Assembly (NCBI RefSeq): GCF_947507565.1
Contig: NC_089179.1
Location: forward strand, 862,681 to 926,680
Length of the DNA stretch: 64,000 bases
From: Oscarella lobularis
Lineage: Eukaryota
Direction: 5' to 3'
The position numbers were made by a program, and so were the translations under genes. The notes under the pieces were generated by a model that had not been told where the DNA came from, ran no database searches, and saw only the letters and a program-made list of their open reading frames with translations. Positions 28,401-41,879 of this stretch are shown here, in pieces (within the stretch, counting starts at the first letter, position 1; each line of letters begins with the position of its first letter).

Positions 28401-31400
28401 GTCCCTTGTAATTTCATTGTAATTTATTACACTAGAGAACAGTTGGCCAGTCCCTTGTAATTTCACTGTAATTTATTACAAGAGAGAACAGTGGGCCAGT
28501 CCCTTGTAATTTTCCTGTAATTTATTACAGGAGAGAACAGTGGGCCAGTTCCTTGTAATTTCACTGTAATTTATTACAGGAAAGAACAGTTTGCCATTCC
28601 TTTGTAATTTCACTGTAATTTATTACACGAGAGAACAGTTGGCCAGTCCCTAGTAATTTTCGTACAGGAAAGAACAATTGGCTAGTCCCTTGTAATTTCA
28701 CTGTAATTTATTACACTAGTGAACAGTTGGCCAGTTCCTTGTAATTTTTTGTAATTTATTACAAGAGAGAACAGTGGGCCAGTCCCTTGTAATTTTCCTG
28801 TAATTTATTACAGGAGAGAACTGTTGGCCAGTCCCTTGTAATTTTTCCTTAATTTATTACAGGAGAGAACAGTTTGCCAATCTCTTTTAATTTCCTGTAA
28901 TTTATTACAGGAGAGAACAGTTGGCCAGTTCCTTGTAATTTTTCTTTAATTTACTACAGGAAAGAACAATTGGCCAGTCCCTTGTAATTTTTCTGTAATT
29001 TATTACAGGAAAGAACAGTTGGCCAGTCCCTTGTAATTTCATTGTAATTTATTACACTAGAGAACAGTTGGCCAGTCCCTTGTAATTTCACTGTAATTTA
29101 TTACAAGAGAGAACAGTGGGCCAGTCCCTTGTAATTTTCCTGTAATTTATTACAGGAGAGAACAGTGGGCCAGTTCCTTGTAATTTCACTGTAATTTATT
29201 ACAGGAAAGAACAGTTTGCCATTCCTTTGTAATTTCACTGTAATTTATTACACGAGAGAACAGTTGGCCAGTCCCTAGTAATTTTCGTACAGGAAAGAAC
29301 AATTGGCTAGTCCCTTGTAATTTCACTGTAATTTATTACACTAGTGAACAGTTGGCCAGTTCCTTGTAATTTTTTGTAATTTATTACAAGAGAGAACAGT
29401 GGGCCAGTCCCTTGTAATTTTCCTGTAATTTATTACAGGAGAGAACAGTTGGCCAGTCCCTTGTAATTTTTCTGTAATTTATTACAGGAAAGAACAGTTG
29501 GCCAGTCCTTTGTAATTTCATTGTAATTTATTACACTAGAGAACAGTTGGCCAGTCCCTTGTAATTTCACTGTAATTTATTACAGGAAAGAACAGTTGGC
29601 CATTCCCTTGTAATTTCACTGTAATTTATTACAGGAGAGAACAGTTGGCCAGTCCCTTGTAATTTCACTGTAATTTATTACAGGAGAGAACAGTTGGCCA
29701 GTCCCTTTTAATTTCCTGTAATTTATTACAGGAGAGAACAGTGGGCCAGTCCCTTGTAATTTTCCTGTAATTTATTACAGGAGAGAACAGTTGGCCAGTC
29801 CCTTGTAATTTTTCTGTAATTTATTACAGGAAAGAACAGTTGGCCAGTCCTTTGTAATTTCATTGTAATTTATTACACTAGAGAACAGTTGGCCAGTCCC
29901 TTGTAATTTCACTGTAATTTATTACACTAGAGAACAGTTGGCCAGTCCCTTTTAATTTCCTGTAATTTATTACAGGAGAGAACAGTTGGCCAGTCCCTTG
30001 TAATTTTCCTGTAATTTATTACAGGAGAGAACAGTTGGCCATTCTTTTGTAATTTCACTGTAATTTATTACACTAGAGAACAATTCGCCAGTTCCTTGTA
30101 ATTTTCGTACAGGAAAGAACAATTGGCCAGTTCCTTGTAATTTCACTGTAATTTATTACAGGAAAGAACAGTTGGCCAGTCCCTTGTAATTTCACTGTAA
30201 TTTATTACACTAGAGAACAGTTGGCCAGTCCCTTGTAATTTTCCTGTAATTTATTAAGAGAACAGTTGGCCAGTCCTTTGTAATTTTTGTGTAATTTATT
30301 ACAGGAAAGAACAGTTGGCCATTCCCTTGTAATTTCACTGTAATTTATTACAGGAGAGAACAGTTGGCCATTCTTTTGTAATTTCACTGTAATTTATTAC
30401 AGGAGAGAACAGTTGGCCAGTCCCTAGTAATTTTCCTGTATTGTATTACAGAAAAGAACAGTTGGCCAGTCTCTTGTAATTTCACTGTAATTTATTACAG
30501 GAGAGAACAGTTGGCCAGTCCCTTGTAAATTCCTGTACTTTATTACAGGAGAGAACAGTTGGCCAGTCCCTTGTTATTTCACTGTAATTTATTACGCTAG
30601 AGAACAGTTGGCCAGTCCTTTGTAATTTTTCGGTAATTTATTACAGGAGAGAACAGTTGGCCAATTCCTTTTAATTTCCTGTAATTTATTACAGGAGAGA
30701 ACAGTTGGCCAGTTTCTTGTAATTTTCCTGTAATTTTTACAGGAGAGAACAGTTGGCCAGTCCCTTGTAATTTCACTGTAATTCATTACAGGAGAGAACA
30801 GTTGGCCAGTCCCTTGTAATTTTTCTGTAGTTTATTACAGGAAAGAACAATTGGCCAGTCCGTTGTAATTTGACTGTAATTTATTACAGGAAAGAACAGT
30901 TGGCCAGTCCCTTGTAATTTTACTGTAATTTATTACACTAGTGAACAGTTGGCTAGTTCCTTATAATTTTCCTGTGATTTATTAAAGGAGAGAACAGTGG
31001 GCCAGTCCCTTGTAGTTTTCCTGTAATTTATTACAGGAGAGAACAGTGGGCCAGTCCCTTGTAATTTTCCTGTAATTTATTACAGGAGAGAACTGTTGGC
31101 CAGTCCCTTGTAATTTTTCCTTAATTTATTACAGGAGAGAACAGTTGGCCAATTTCTTTTAATTTCTTGTAATTTATTACAGGAGAGAACAGTTGGCCAG
31201 TTCGTTGTAATTTTTCTTTAATTTACTACAGGAAAGAACAATTGGCCAGTCCCTTGTAATTTTTCTGTAATTTATTACAGGAAAGAACAGTTGGCCAGTC
31301 CCTTGTAATTTCATTGTAATTTATTACACTAGAGAACAGTTGGCCAGTCCCTTGTAATTTCACTGTAATTTATTACAAGAGAGAACAGTGGGCCAGTCCC

Positions 31401-31748
31401 TTGTAATTTTCCTGTAATTTATTACAGGAGAGAACAGTTGGCCAATCCTTTTTAATTTCCTGTAATTTATTACAGGAGAGAACAGTTGGCCAGTTCCTTG
31501 TAATTTTCCTGTAATTTATTACAGGAGAGAACAGTTAGCCTGTCCCTTCTAATTTCACTGTAATTTATTACACTAGAGAACAGTTGGCCAGTCCCTTGTA
31601 ATTTTCCTGTAATTTATTAAGAGAACAGTTGGCCAGTCCTTTGTAATTTTTCTGTGATTTATTACAGGAGAGAACAGTTGGCCAGTCTCTTGTAGTTTCC
31701 TGTAATTTATTACAGGAGAGAACAGTTGGCCAGTCCCTTGTAATTGTT
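25495..31748. repeat. Sat A: 49-bp AT-rich tandem satellite, about 128 monomers, with an about 1.69 kb higher-order repeat
   Basis: Monomer ACAGTTGGCCAGTCCCTTGTAATTTCACTGTAATTTATTACAGGAGAGA. Variants are cactg, cattg, ttcctg, tttctg, and caggag, caggaa, cactag, cacgag. Diagnostic variant monomers (cagtttgccaatctcttttaatttcctg; ccctagtaattttcgtacaggaaagaacaattgg) recur at 26560/28250/28870 and 26960/28650/29280. This indicates a higher-order period of about 1690 bp plus a partial duplication of about 620 bp. Confidence 0.92.
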
Positions 31749-32050
31749 CTGTATGATTGAGGAATAAAAGAATACTTGATCATCGATGATAATATTCATC
31801 GTCATCACCATCAAGTACCCTTCTCTTTTTTCCTTCACGTTGCACTCTGCTTTATATTTTACTGTGACACCTGCAATTTCATGGAAGACAAACCGAGACA
31901 TTTTTCCAAACTAAAACTTGTTACTTGTGTGCCGATTTTATTGCTGCATGCATAATTTTTTATAGGCTAGTATCCGTGTGTAAATGTTTTTTAGTGTATC
32001 TATGGAAACGTCCATCGCCTGGTAAATAGTAGATAGTATAGTAAATGGTA
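31749..32050. repeat. Junction sequence J, copy 1: about 300-bp unique segment immediately distal to a Sat A array, duplicated at 44036-44336
   Basis: tgtatgattgaggaataaaagaatacttgatcatcgatgataatattcatcgtcatcaccatcaagtaccc...gtaaatggta is about 99% identical to 44036-44336 (2-3 mismatches). Both copies directly follow a terminal Sat A monomer ending cc(c/t)ttgtaatt(g/a)ttctgtatgattgagg. Confidence 0.9.
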
Positions 32051-32488
32051 ATAATTTTTAGATTGCAATCACGTTGAAAATGCATACGGGATTGCTATTT
32101 GTTGCTTTTCTTTTCTGTACAGTAGCGTTAGGCTCGTGGAAAACGACGAATGCAAGAGCTAGCGTTGCTTGTGGATCGAAGAGTTATCCTAAACTCTACT
32201 GAAAGTGGCTGGAAGCGCGCTACAGCGGACGTCGTTTGTTTTTGACGAACGAATATGCCCAACTGACGCTCGCACGACACCGAGAAGAGCGAAACGAGGA
32301 CCTCGACGACTGGATGGTGGCAAAAAGCGAGTGAAAGCGAACGTACGTTAGATTTGAGGTTCGAATGAAAAAAAATCGCTTTGCACTCACATGCAATCAC
32401 GAAACGAACGTCCCAAATACCATGCAGTGTTCCTCTACGACCATAGGCCTACCTTACCACTGGCCATCCTTTTCTCGCGTCAGCGTAT

Positions 32489-32690
32489 GAAAAAAAAACG
32501 CTGACGCTGTTCGATCGCGAGATCGACGCTTTTTCTCGAAAGATTAGCGTAAAAACAAGAAAAAAGCGTCGACGCTGCTCGATCGCGAGATATCGACGCT
32601 TTTTCTTGAACGAAGTACCTAAAAAACGAGAAAAAACGCTGTGCTCTTCGATTCCGCGATCGGCGCTTTTCTACCTAAAAAAATCAAAAG
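32489..32690. repeat. Three tandem copies of an about 65-70-nt element, each an A-run / GC-rich hairpin / T-run
   Basis: Copy 2 is aaaaagcgtcga-cgctgctcgatcgcgagata-tcgacgcttttt, a perfect 12-nt inverted repeat with a 19-20-nt loop. Copies 1 and 3 are diverged. Each is followed by cttgaacgaagtacctaaaaaacga-like tails. The function (foldback repeat, MITE end, or small-RNA or terminator-like hairpins) is unknown. Confidence 0.6.
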
Positions 32691-32924
32691 ATTAGTCTCT
32701 GTTCAATCTGTCCGCGTACGTACCTTGTAGTCCTGCGTTCGTATTGGCGTAATCCAGGCTACACCGCGTGGAGGTTCGAACGCATGGTACCCGAAAAATT
32801 TTTGAGAGCGAGCCGTGGCATCATAGGCTCAACCACGACGGTGCGGCCTAGGATCAGAACGGCTCTCCCACACCGTCCCCCCGACCTCGTTGCACCGCGA
32901 CCCATGGGGCCATAGTCCTTCGCT

Positions 32925-35900
32925 TGCCGGCGGAGTACGTACACCGCTTGCCGGAATATATACACCGTCTGCCGGCGGAGTACGTACACCGCTTGCCGGA
33001 ATATATACACCGCCTGCCGGCGGAGTACGTACACCGCTTACCGAAATATATACACCGCCTGCCGGCGGAGTACGTACACCGCCTGCCGGAATATATACAC
33101 CGCCTGCCGGAATATATACACCGCCTGCCGGCGGAGTACGTACACCGCTTACCGGAATATATACACCGCCTGCCGGCGGAGTACGTACACCGCTTGCCGG
33201 AATATATACACCGCCTGCCGGCGGAGTACGTACACCGCTTGCCGGAATATATACACCGCCTGCCGGCGGAGTACGTACACCGCCTGCCGGAATATATACA
33301 CCGCCTGCCGGCGGAGTACGTACACCGCTTACCGAAATATATACACCGCCTGCCGGCGGAGTACGTACACCGCTTGCCGGAATATATACACCGCCTGCCG
33401 GCGGAATACGTACACCGCTTGCCGGAATATATACACCGCCTACCGGCGGAGTACGTACACCGCCTGCCGAAATATATACACCGCCTGCCGGAATATATAC
33501 ACCGCCTACCTGCGGAGTACGTACACCGCTTACCGGAATATATACACCGCCTGCCGGCGGAGTACGTACACCGCTTGCCGGAATATATACACCGCCTGCC
33601 GGCGGGGTACGTACACCGCTTGCCGGAATATATACACCGCCTGCCGGCGGAGTACGTACACCGCTTACCGAAACATATACACCGCCTGCCGGCGGAGTAC
33701 GTACACCGCTTGCCGGAATATATACACCGCCTGCCGGCGGAGTACGTACACCGCTTACCGAAATATATACACCGCCTGCCGGCGGAGTACGTACACCGCT
33801 TGCCGAAATATATACACCGCCTGCCGGCGGAGTACGTACACCGCTTACCGAAACATATACACCGCCTGCCGGCGGAGTACGTACACCGCTTGCCGGAATA
33901 TATACACCGCCTGCCGGCGGAGTACGTACACCGCTTGCCGGAATATATACACCGCCTGCCGGCGGAGTACGTACACCGCTTACCGAAATATATACACCGC
34001 CTGCCGGCGGAGTACGTACACCGCTTGCCGGAATATATACACCGCCTGCCGGCGGAGTACGTACACCGCTTACCGAAATATATACACCGCCTGCCGGCGG
34101 AGTACGTACACCGCTTGCCGGAATATATACACCGCCTGCCGGCGGAGTACGTACACCGCTTACCGAAATATATACACCGCCTGCCGGCGGAGTACGTACA
34201 CCGCTTGCCGGAATATATACACCGCCTGCCGGCGGAGTACGTACACCGCTTACCGAAATATATACACCGCTGGCCGGCGGAGTACGTACACCGCTTGCCG
34301 GAATATATACACCGCCTGCCGGCGGAGTACGTACACCGCCTACCGAAATATATACACCGCCTGCCGGCGGAGTACGTACACCGCTTGCCGGAATATATAC
34401 ACCGCCTGCCGGCGGAGTACGTACACCGCTTGCCGGAATATATACACCGCCTGCAGGCGGAGTACGTACACCGCTTACCGAAATATATACACCGCCTGCC
34501 GGCGGAGTACGTACACCGCCAGCCGAAATATATACACCGTCTGCCGGCGGAGTACGTACACCGCTTGCCGAAATATATACACCGCCGGCCGGCGGAGTAC
34601 GTACACCGCCAGCCGAAATATATACACCGCCGGCCGGCGGAGTACGTACACCGCCTGCCGAAATATATACACCGTCTGCCGGCGGAGTACGTACACCGCT
34701 TACCGGAATATATACACCGCCTGCCGGCGGAGTACGTACACCGCTTACCGAAATATATACACCGCCTGCCGGCGGAGTACGTACACCGCTTGCCGGAATA
34801 TATACACCGCCTGCCGGTGGAGTACGTACACCGCTTACCGAAATATATACACCGCCTGCCGGCGGAGTACGTACACCGCTTGCCGGAATATATACACCGC
34901 CTGCAGGCGGAGTACGTACACCGCTTACCGAAATATATACACCGCCGGCCGGCGGAGTACGTACACCGCTTACCGAAATATATACACCGCCGGCCGGCGG
35001 AGTACGTACGCCGCCTGCCGAAATATATACACCGTCTGCCGGCGGAGTACGTACACCGCTTGCCGGAATATATACACCGCCTGCCGGCGGAGTACGTACA
35101 CCGCTTGCCGGAATATATACACCGCCTGCCGGCGGGGTACGTACACCGCTTGCCGGAATATATACACCGCCTGCCGGCGGAGTGCGTACACCGCTTACCG
35201 AAATATATACACCGCCCTCCGGCGGAGTACGTACACCGCTTGCCGGAATATATACACCGCCCTCCGGCGGAGTACGTACACCGCTTGCCGGAATATATAC
35301 ACCGCCTGCCGGTGGAGTACGTACACCGCTTACCGAAATATATACACCGCCTGCCGGCGGAGTACGTACACCGCTTGCCGGAATATATACACCGCCTGCC
35401 GGCGGAGTGCGTACACCGCTTACCGAAATATATACACCGCCCTCCGGCGGAGTACGTACACCGCTTGCCGGAATATATACACCGCCTGCCGGCGGAGTAC
35501 GTACACCGCTTGCCGAAATATATACACCGCCTGCCGGCGGAGTACGTACACCGCTTGCCGGAATATATACACCGCCTGCCGGCGCAGTACGTACACCGCT
35601 TGCCGGAATATATACACCGCCTGCCGGCGGAGTACGTACACCGCTTGCCGGAATATATACACCGCCTGCCGGAATAAATACACCGCCTGCCGGAATATAT
35701 ACACCGCCTGCCGGCGGAGTACGTACACCGCTTGCCGGAATATATACACCGCCTGCCGGCGGAGTACGTACACCGCCTGCCGGAATATATACACCGCCTG
35801 CCGGAATATATACACCGCCTGCCTGCGGAGTACGTACACCGCTTACCGGAATATATACACCGCCTGCCGGCGGAGTACGTACACCGCATGCCGGAATATA

Positions 35901-36959
35901 TACACCGCCTGCCGGCGGAGTACGTACACCGCTTGCCGGAATATATACACCGCCTGCCGGCGGAGTACGTACACCGCTTGCTGGAATATATACACCGCCT
36001 GCCGGCGGAGTACGTACACCGCTTACCGAAATATATACACCGCCTGCCGGCGGAGTACGTACACCGCTTGCCGGAATATATACACCGCCTGCCGGCGGAG
36101 TACGTACACCGCTTGCCGGAATATATACACCGCCTGCCGGCGGAGTACGTACACCGCTTACCGAAATATACACACCGCCTGCCGGCGGAGTACGTACACC
36201 GCTTACCGAAATATATACACCGCCTGCCGGCGGAGTACGTACACCGCTTGCCGGAATATATACACCGCCTGCCGGCGGAGTACGTACACCGCTTGCCGGA
36301 ATATATACACCGCCTGCCGGAATATATACACCGCCTGCCGGAATATATACACCGCCTGCCGGAATATATACACCGCCTGCCGGCGGAGTACGTACACCGC
36401 TTACCGAAATATATACACCGCCTGCCGGAATATATACACCGCCTGCCGGAATATATACACTGCCTGCCGGAATATATACACCGCCTGCCGGCGGAGTACG
36501 TACACCGCCTGCCGGAATATATACACCGCCTGCCGGCGGAGTACGTACACCGCTTACCGGAATATATACACCGCCTGCCGGAATATATACACCGCCTGCC
36601 GGCGGAGTACGTACACCGCCTGCCGGAATATATACACCGCCTGCCGGAATATATACACCGCCTGCCTGCGGAGTACGTACACCGCTTACCGGAATATATA
36701 CACCGCCTGCCGGCGGAGTACGTACACCGCCTGCCGAAATATATACACCGTCTGCCGGCGGAGTACGTACACCGCTTACCGGAATATATACACCGCCTGC
36801 CGGTGGAGTACGTACACCGCTTACCGGAATATATACACCGCCTGCCGGCGGAGTACGTACACCGCTTGCCGGAATATATACACCGCCTGCCGGCGGAGTA
36901 CGTACACCGCTTACCGAAATATATACACCGCCTGCCGGAATATATACACCGCCTGCTCT
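32925..36959. repeat. Sat B array 1: 45-bp CpG-rich tandem satellite, about 90 units, built from alternating 24-nt and 21-nt sub-repeats
   Basis: Unit GCCGGCGGAGTACGTACACCGCTT + GCCGGAATATATACACCGCCT. Embedded palindromes GTACGTAC, ATATAT, GCCGGC. Runs of the 21-nt sub-repeat alone, for example 36301-36380. Recurrent variants: cttgccggaatat / cttaccgaaatat, cctgcc / ccggcc / ccctcc, gcgcag, ggggta. Confidence 0.93.
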
Positions 36960-37309
36960 AATTTATTACACTAGTGAACAGTTCGCCAGTCCCTTGTAAT
37001 TTTCCTGTAATTTATTACAGGAGAGAACAGTGGGCCAGTCTCTTGTAATTTTCCTGTAATTTATTACAGGAGAGAACAGTTGGCCAGTCCCTTGTAATTT
37101 TCCTGTAATTTATTACAGGAGAGAACAGTTGGCCAGTTCCTTGTAATTTTTCTTTAATTTACTACAGGAAAGAACAATTGGCCATTCCCTTGTAATTTTT
37201 CTTTAATTTATTACAGGAAAGAACAGTTGGCCAGTCCCTTGTAATTTCATTGTAATTTATTACACTAGAGAACAGTTGGCCAGTCCCTTGTAATTTCACC
37301 GCTTGTAAT
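36960..37309. repeat. Sat A block (about 7 monomers) inserted between Sat B arrays
   Basis: Begins ...caccgcctgctc|taatttattacactagtgaacagttcgccagtccc and ends ...cccttgtaatttcaccgcttgtaatttcaccgctt|gccggaatat. The same pair of junctions recurs at 41880 and 42235. Confidence 0.9.
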
Positions 37310-40300
37310 TTCACCGCTTGCCGGAATATATACACCGCCTGCTGGCGGAGTACGTACACCGCCTGCCGGAATATATACACCGCCTGCCGGAATATATACA
37401 CCGCCTGCCGGCGGAGTACGTACACCGCTTGCCGGAATATATACACCGCCGGCCGGCGGAGTACGTACACCGCCTGCCGAAATATATACACCGCCTGCCG
37501 GCGGAGTACGTACACCGCTTGCCGGAATATATACACCGCCTGCCGGCGGAGAACGTACACCGCTTACCGAAATATATACACCGCCTGCCGGCGGAGTACG
37601 TACACCGCTTGCCGGAATATATACACCGCCGGCCGGCGGAGTACGTACACCGCCTGCCGGAATATATACACCGCCTGCCGGAATATATACACCGCCTGCC
37701 GGCGGAGTACGTACACCGCTTACCGAAATATATACACCGCCTGCCGGAATATATACACCGCCTGCCGGAATATATACACCGCCTGCCGGAATATATACAC
37801 CGCCTGCCGGAATATATACACCGCCTGCCGGCGGAGTACGTACACCGCTTGCCGGAATATATACACCGCCTGCCGGCGGGGTACGTACACCGCTTGCCGG
37901 AATATATACACCGCCTGCCGGCGGAGTGCGTACACCGCTTACCGAAATATATACACCGCCCTCCGGCGGAGTACGTACACCGCTTGCCGGAATATATACA
38001 CCGCCGGCCGGCGGAGTACGTACACCGCTTACCGAAATATATACACCGCCGGCCGGCGGAGTACGTACACCGCCTGCCGAAATATATACACCGCCTGCCG
38101 GCGGAGTACGTACACCGCTTGCCGGAATATATACACCGCCTGCCGGCGGAGAACGTACACCGCTTACCGAAATATATACACCGCCTGCCGGCGGAGTACG
38201 TACACCGCTTGCCGGAATATATACACCGCCGGCCGGCGGAGTACGTACACCGCCTGCCGGAATATATACACCGCCTGCCGGAATATATACACCGCCTGCC
38301 GGCGGAGTACGTACACCGCTTACCGAAATATATACACCGCCTGCCGGAATATATACACCGCCTGCCGGAATATATACACCGCCTGCCGGAATATATACAC
38401 CGCCTGCCGGAATATATACACCGCCTGCCGGCGGAGTACGTACACCGCTTACCGAAATATATACACCGCCTGCCGGCGGAGTACGTACACCGCTTGCCGG
38501 AATATATACACCGCCTGCCGGCGGAGTACGTACACCGCTTGCCGGAATATATACACCGCCTGCCGGCGGAGTACGTACACCGCTTGCCGGAATATATACA
38601 CCGCCTGCCGGCGGAGTACGTACACCGCTTGCCGGAATATATACACCGCCTGCCGGCGGAGTACGTACACCGCTTGCCGGAATATATACACCGCCTGCCG
38701 GCGGAGTACGTACACCGCTTGCCGGAATATATACACCGCCTGCCGGCGGAGTACGTACACCGCTTGCCGGAATATATACACCGCCTGCCGGCGGAGTACG
38801 TACACCGCTTACCGAAATATATACACCGCCTGCCGGCGGAGTACGTACACCGCTTGCCGGAATATATACACCGCCGGCCGGCGGAGTACGTACACCGCCC
38901 TCCGGAATATATACACCGCCTGCCGGAATATATACACCGCCTGCCGGCGGAGTACGTACACCGCTTACCGAAATATATACACCGCCTGCCGGAATATATA
39001 CACCGCCTGCCGGAATATATACACCGCCTGCCGGAATATATACACCGCCTGCCGGAATATATACACCGCCTGCCGGAATATATACACCGCCTGCCGGCGG
39101 AGTACGTACACCGCTTACCGAAATATATACACCGCCTGCCGGCGGAGTACGTACACCGCTTGCCGGAATATATACACCGCCTGCCGGCGGAGTACGTACA
39201 CCGCTTGCCGGAATATATACACCGCCTGCCGGCGGAGTACGTACACCGCTTGCCGGAATATATACACCGCCTGCCGGCGGAGTACGTACACCGCTTGCCG
39301 GAATATATACACCGCCTGCCGGCGGAGTACGTACACCGCTTGCCGGAATATATACACCGCCTGCCGGCGGAGTACGTACACCGCTTGCCGGAATATATAC
39401 ACCGCCTGCCGGCGGAGTACGTACACCGCTTGCCGGAATATATACACCGCCTGCCGGCGGAGTACGTACACCGCTTGCCGGAATATATACACCGCCGGCC
39501 GGCGGAGTACGTACACCGCCCTCCGGAATATATACACCGCCTGCCGGAATATATACACCGCCTGCCGGCGGAGTACGTACACCGCTTACCGAAATATATA
39601 CACCGCCTGCCGGAATATATACACCGCCTGCCGGAATATATACACCGCCTGCCGGAATATATACACCGCCTGCCGGCGGAGTACGTACACCGCCTGCCGG
39701 AATATATACACCGCCTGCCGGCGGAGTACGTACACCGCTTACCGGAATATATACACCGCCTGCCGGAATATATACACCGCCTGCCGGAATGTATACACCG
39801 CCTGCCGGCGGAGTACGTACACCGCCTGCCGGAATATATACACCGCCTGCCGGAATATATACACCGCCTGCCTGCGGAGTACGTACACCGCTTACCGGAA
39901 TATATACACCGCCTGCCGGCGGAGTACGTACACCGCTTGCCGGAATATATACACCGCCTGCAGGCGGAGTACGTACACCGCTTACCGAAATATATACACC
40001 GCCTGCCGGCGGAGTACGTACACCGCTTGCCGGAATATATACACCGCCTGCAGGCGGAGTACGTACACCGCTTACCGAAATATATACACCGCCGGCCGGC
40101 GGAGTACGTACACCGCTTACCGAAATATATACACCGCCGGCCGGCGGAGTACGTACACCGCCTGCCGAAATATATACACCGTCTGCCGGCGGAGTACGTA
40201 CACCGCTTGCCGGAATATATACACCGCCTGCCGGCGGGGTACGTACACCGCTTGCCGGAATATATACACCGCCTGCCGGCGGAGTGCGTACACCGCTTAC

Positions 40301-41879
40301 CGAAATATATACACCGCCCTCCGGCGGAGTACGTACACCGCTTGCCGGAATATATACACCGCCGGCCGGCGGAGTACGTACACCGCTTACCGAAATATAT
40401 ACACCGCCGGCCGGCGGAGTACGTACACCGCTTGCCGGAATATATACACCGCCTGCCGGCGGGGTACGTACACCGCTTGCCGGAATATATACACCGCCTG
40501 CCGGCGGAGTGCGTACACCGCTTACCGAAATATATACACCGCCCTCCGGCGGAGTACGTACACCGCTTGCCGGAATATATACACCGCCTGCCGGAATATA
40601 TACACCGCCTGCCGGCGGAGTACGTACACCGCTTGCCGGAATATATACACCGCCTGCCGGCGGAGTACGTACACCGCTTACCGAAATATATACACCGCCG
40701 GCCGGCGGAGTACGTACACCGCTTACCGAAATATATACACCGCCTGCCGGCGGAGTACGTACACCGCTTGCCGGAATATATACACCGCCTGCCGGCGGGG
40801 TACGTACACCGCTTGCCGGAATATATACACCGCCGGCCGGCGGAGTACGTACACCGCCTGCCGGAATATATACACCGCCTGCCGGAATATATACACCGCC
40901 TGCCGGCGGAGTACGTACACCGCTTACCGAAATATATACACCGCCTGCCGGAATATATACACCGCCTGCCGGAATATATACACCGCCTGCCGGAATATAT
41001 ACACCGCCTGCCGGCGGAGTACGTACACCGCTTGCCGGAATATATACACCGCCTGCCGGCGGAGTACGTACACCGCCTGCCGGAATATATACACCGCCTG
41101 CCGGAATATATACACCGCCTGCCTGCGGAGTACGTACACCGCTTACCGGAATATATACACCGCCTGCCGGCGGAGTACGTACACCGCTTGCCGGAATATA
41201 TACACCGCCTGCAGGCGGAGTACGTACACCGCTTGCCGGAATATATACACCGCCTGCCGGCGGAGTACGTACACCGCTTACCGAAATATATACACCGCCG
41301 GCCGGCGGAGTACGTACACCGCTTACCGAAATATATACACCGCCTGCCGGCGGAGTACGTACACCGCTTGCCGGAATATATACACCGCCTGCCGGCGGGG
41401 TACGTACACCGCTTGCCGGAATATATACACCGCCGGCCGGCGGAGTACGTACACCGCCTGCCGGAATATATACACCGCCTGCCGGAATATATACACCGCC
41501 TGCCGGCGGAGTACGTACACCGCTTACCGAAATATATACACCGCCTGCCGGAATATATACACCGCCTGCCGGAATATATACAGCGCCTGCCGGAATATAT
41601 ACACCGCCTGCCGGCGGAGTACGTACACCGCTTGCCGGAATATATACACCGCCTGCCGGCGGAGTACGTACACCGCCTGCCGGAATATATACACCGCCTG
41701 CCGGAATATATACACCGCCTGCCTGCGGAGTACGTACACCGCTTACCGGAATATATACACCGCCTGCCGGCGGAGTACGTACACCGCATGCCGGAATATA
41801 TACGCCGCCGGCCGGCGGAGTACGTACACCGCTTACCGAAATATATACACCGCCTGCCGGAATATATACACCGCCTGCT
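37310..41879. repeat. Sat B array 2 (about 101 units)
   Basis: Same 45-bp unit as 32925-36959. It contains internally duplicated sub-blocks: 40660-41270 is nearly identical to 41260-41870, and 37330-37700 to 38030-38400. 21-nt sub-repeat runs at 37741-37840, 38961-39100, 39590-39660, 40940-41010 and 41540-41610. Confidence 0.93.

Noticed and set aside
32728-32800. tRNA-like T-loop motif gtggaGGTTCGAACgcatggtaccc
   Set aside because: GGTTCGAAC resembles a T-arm, but no complementary acceptor stem, D-arm or anticodon arm can be drawn. Probably chance or a decayed SINE fragment.
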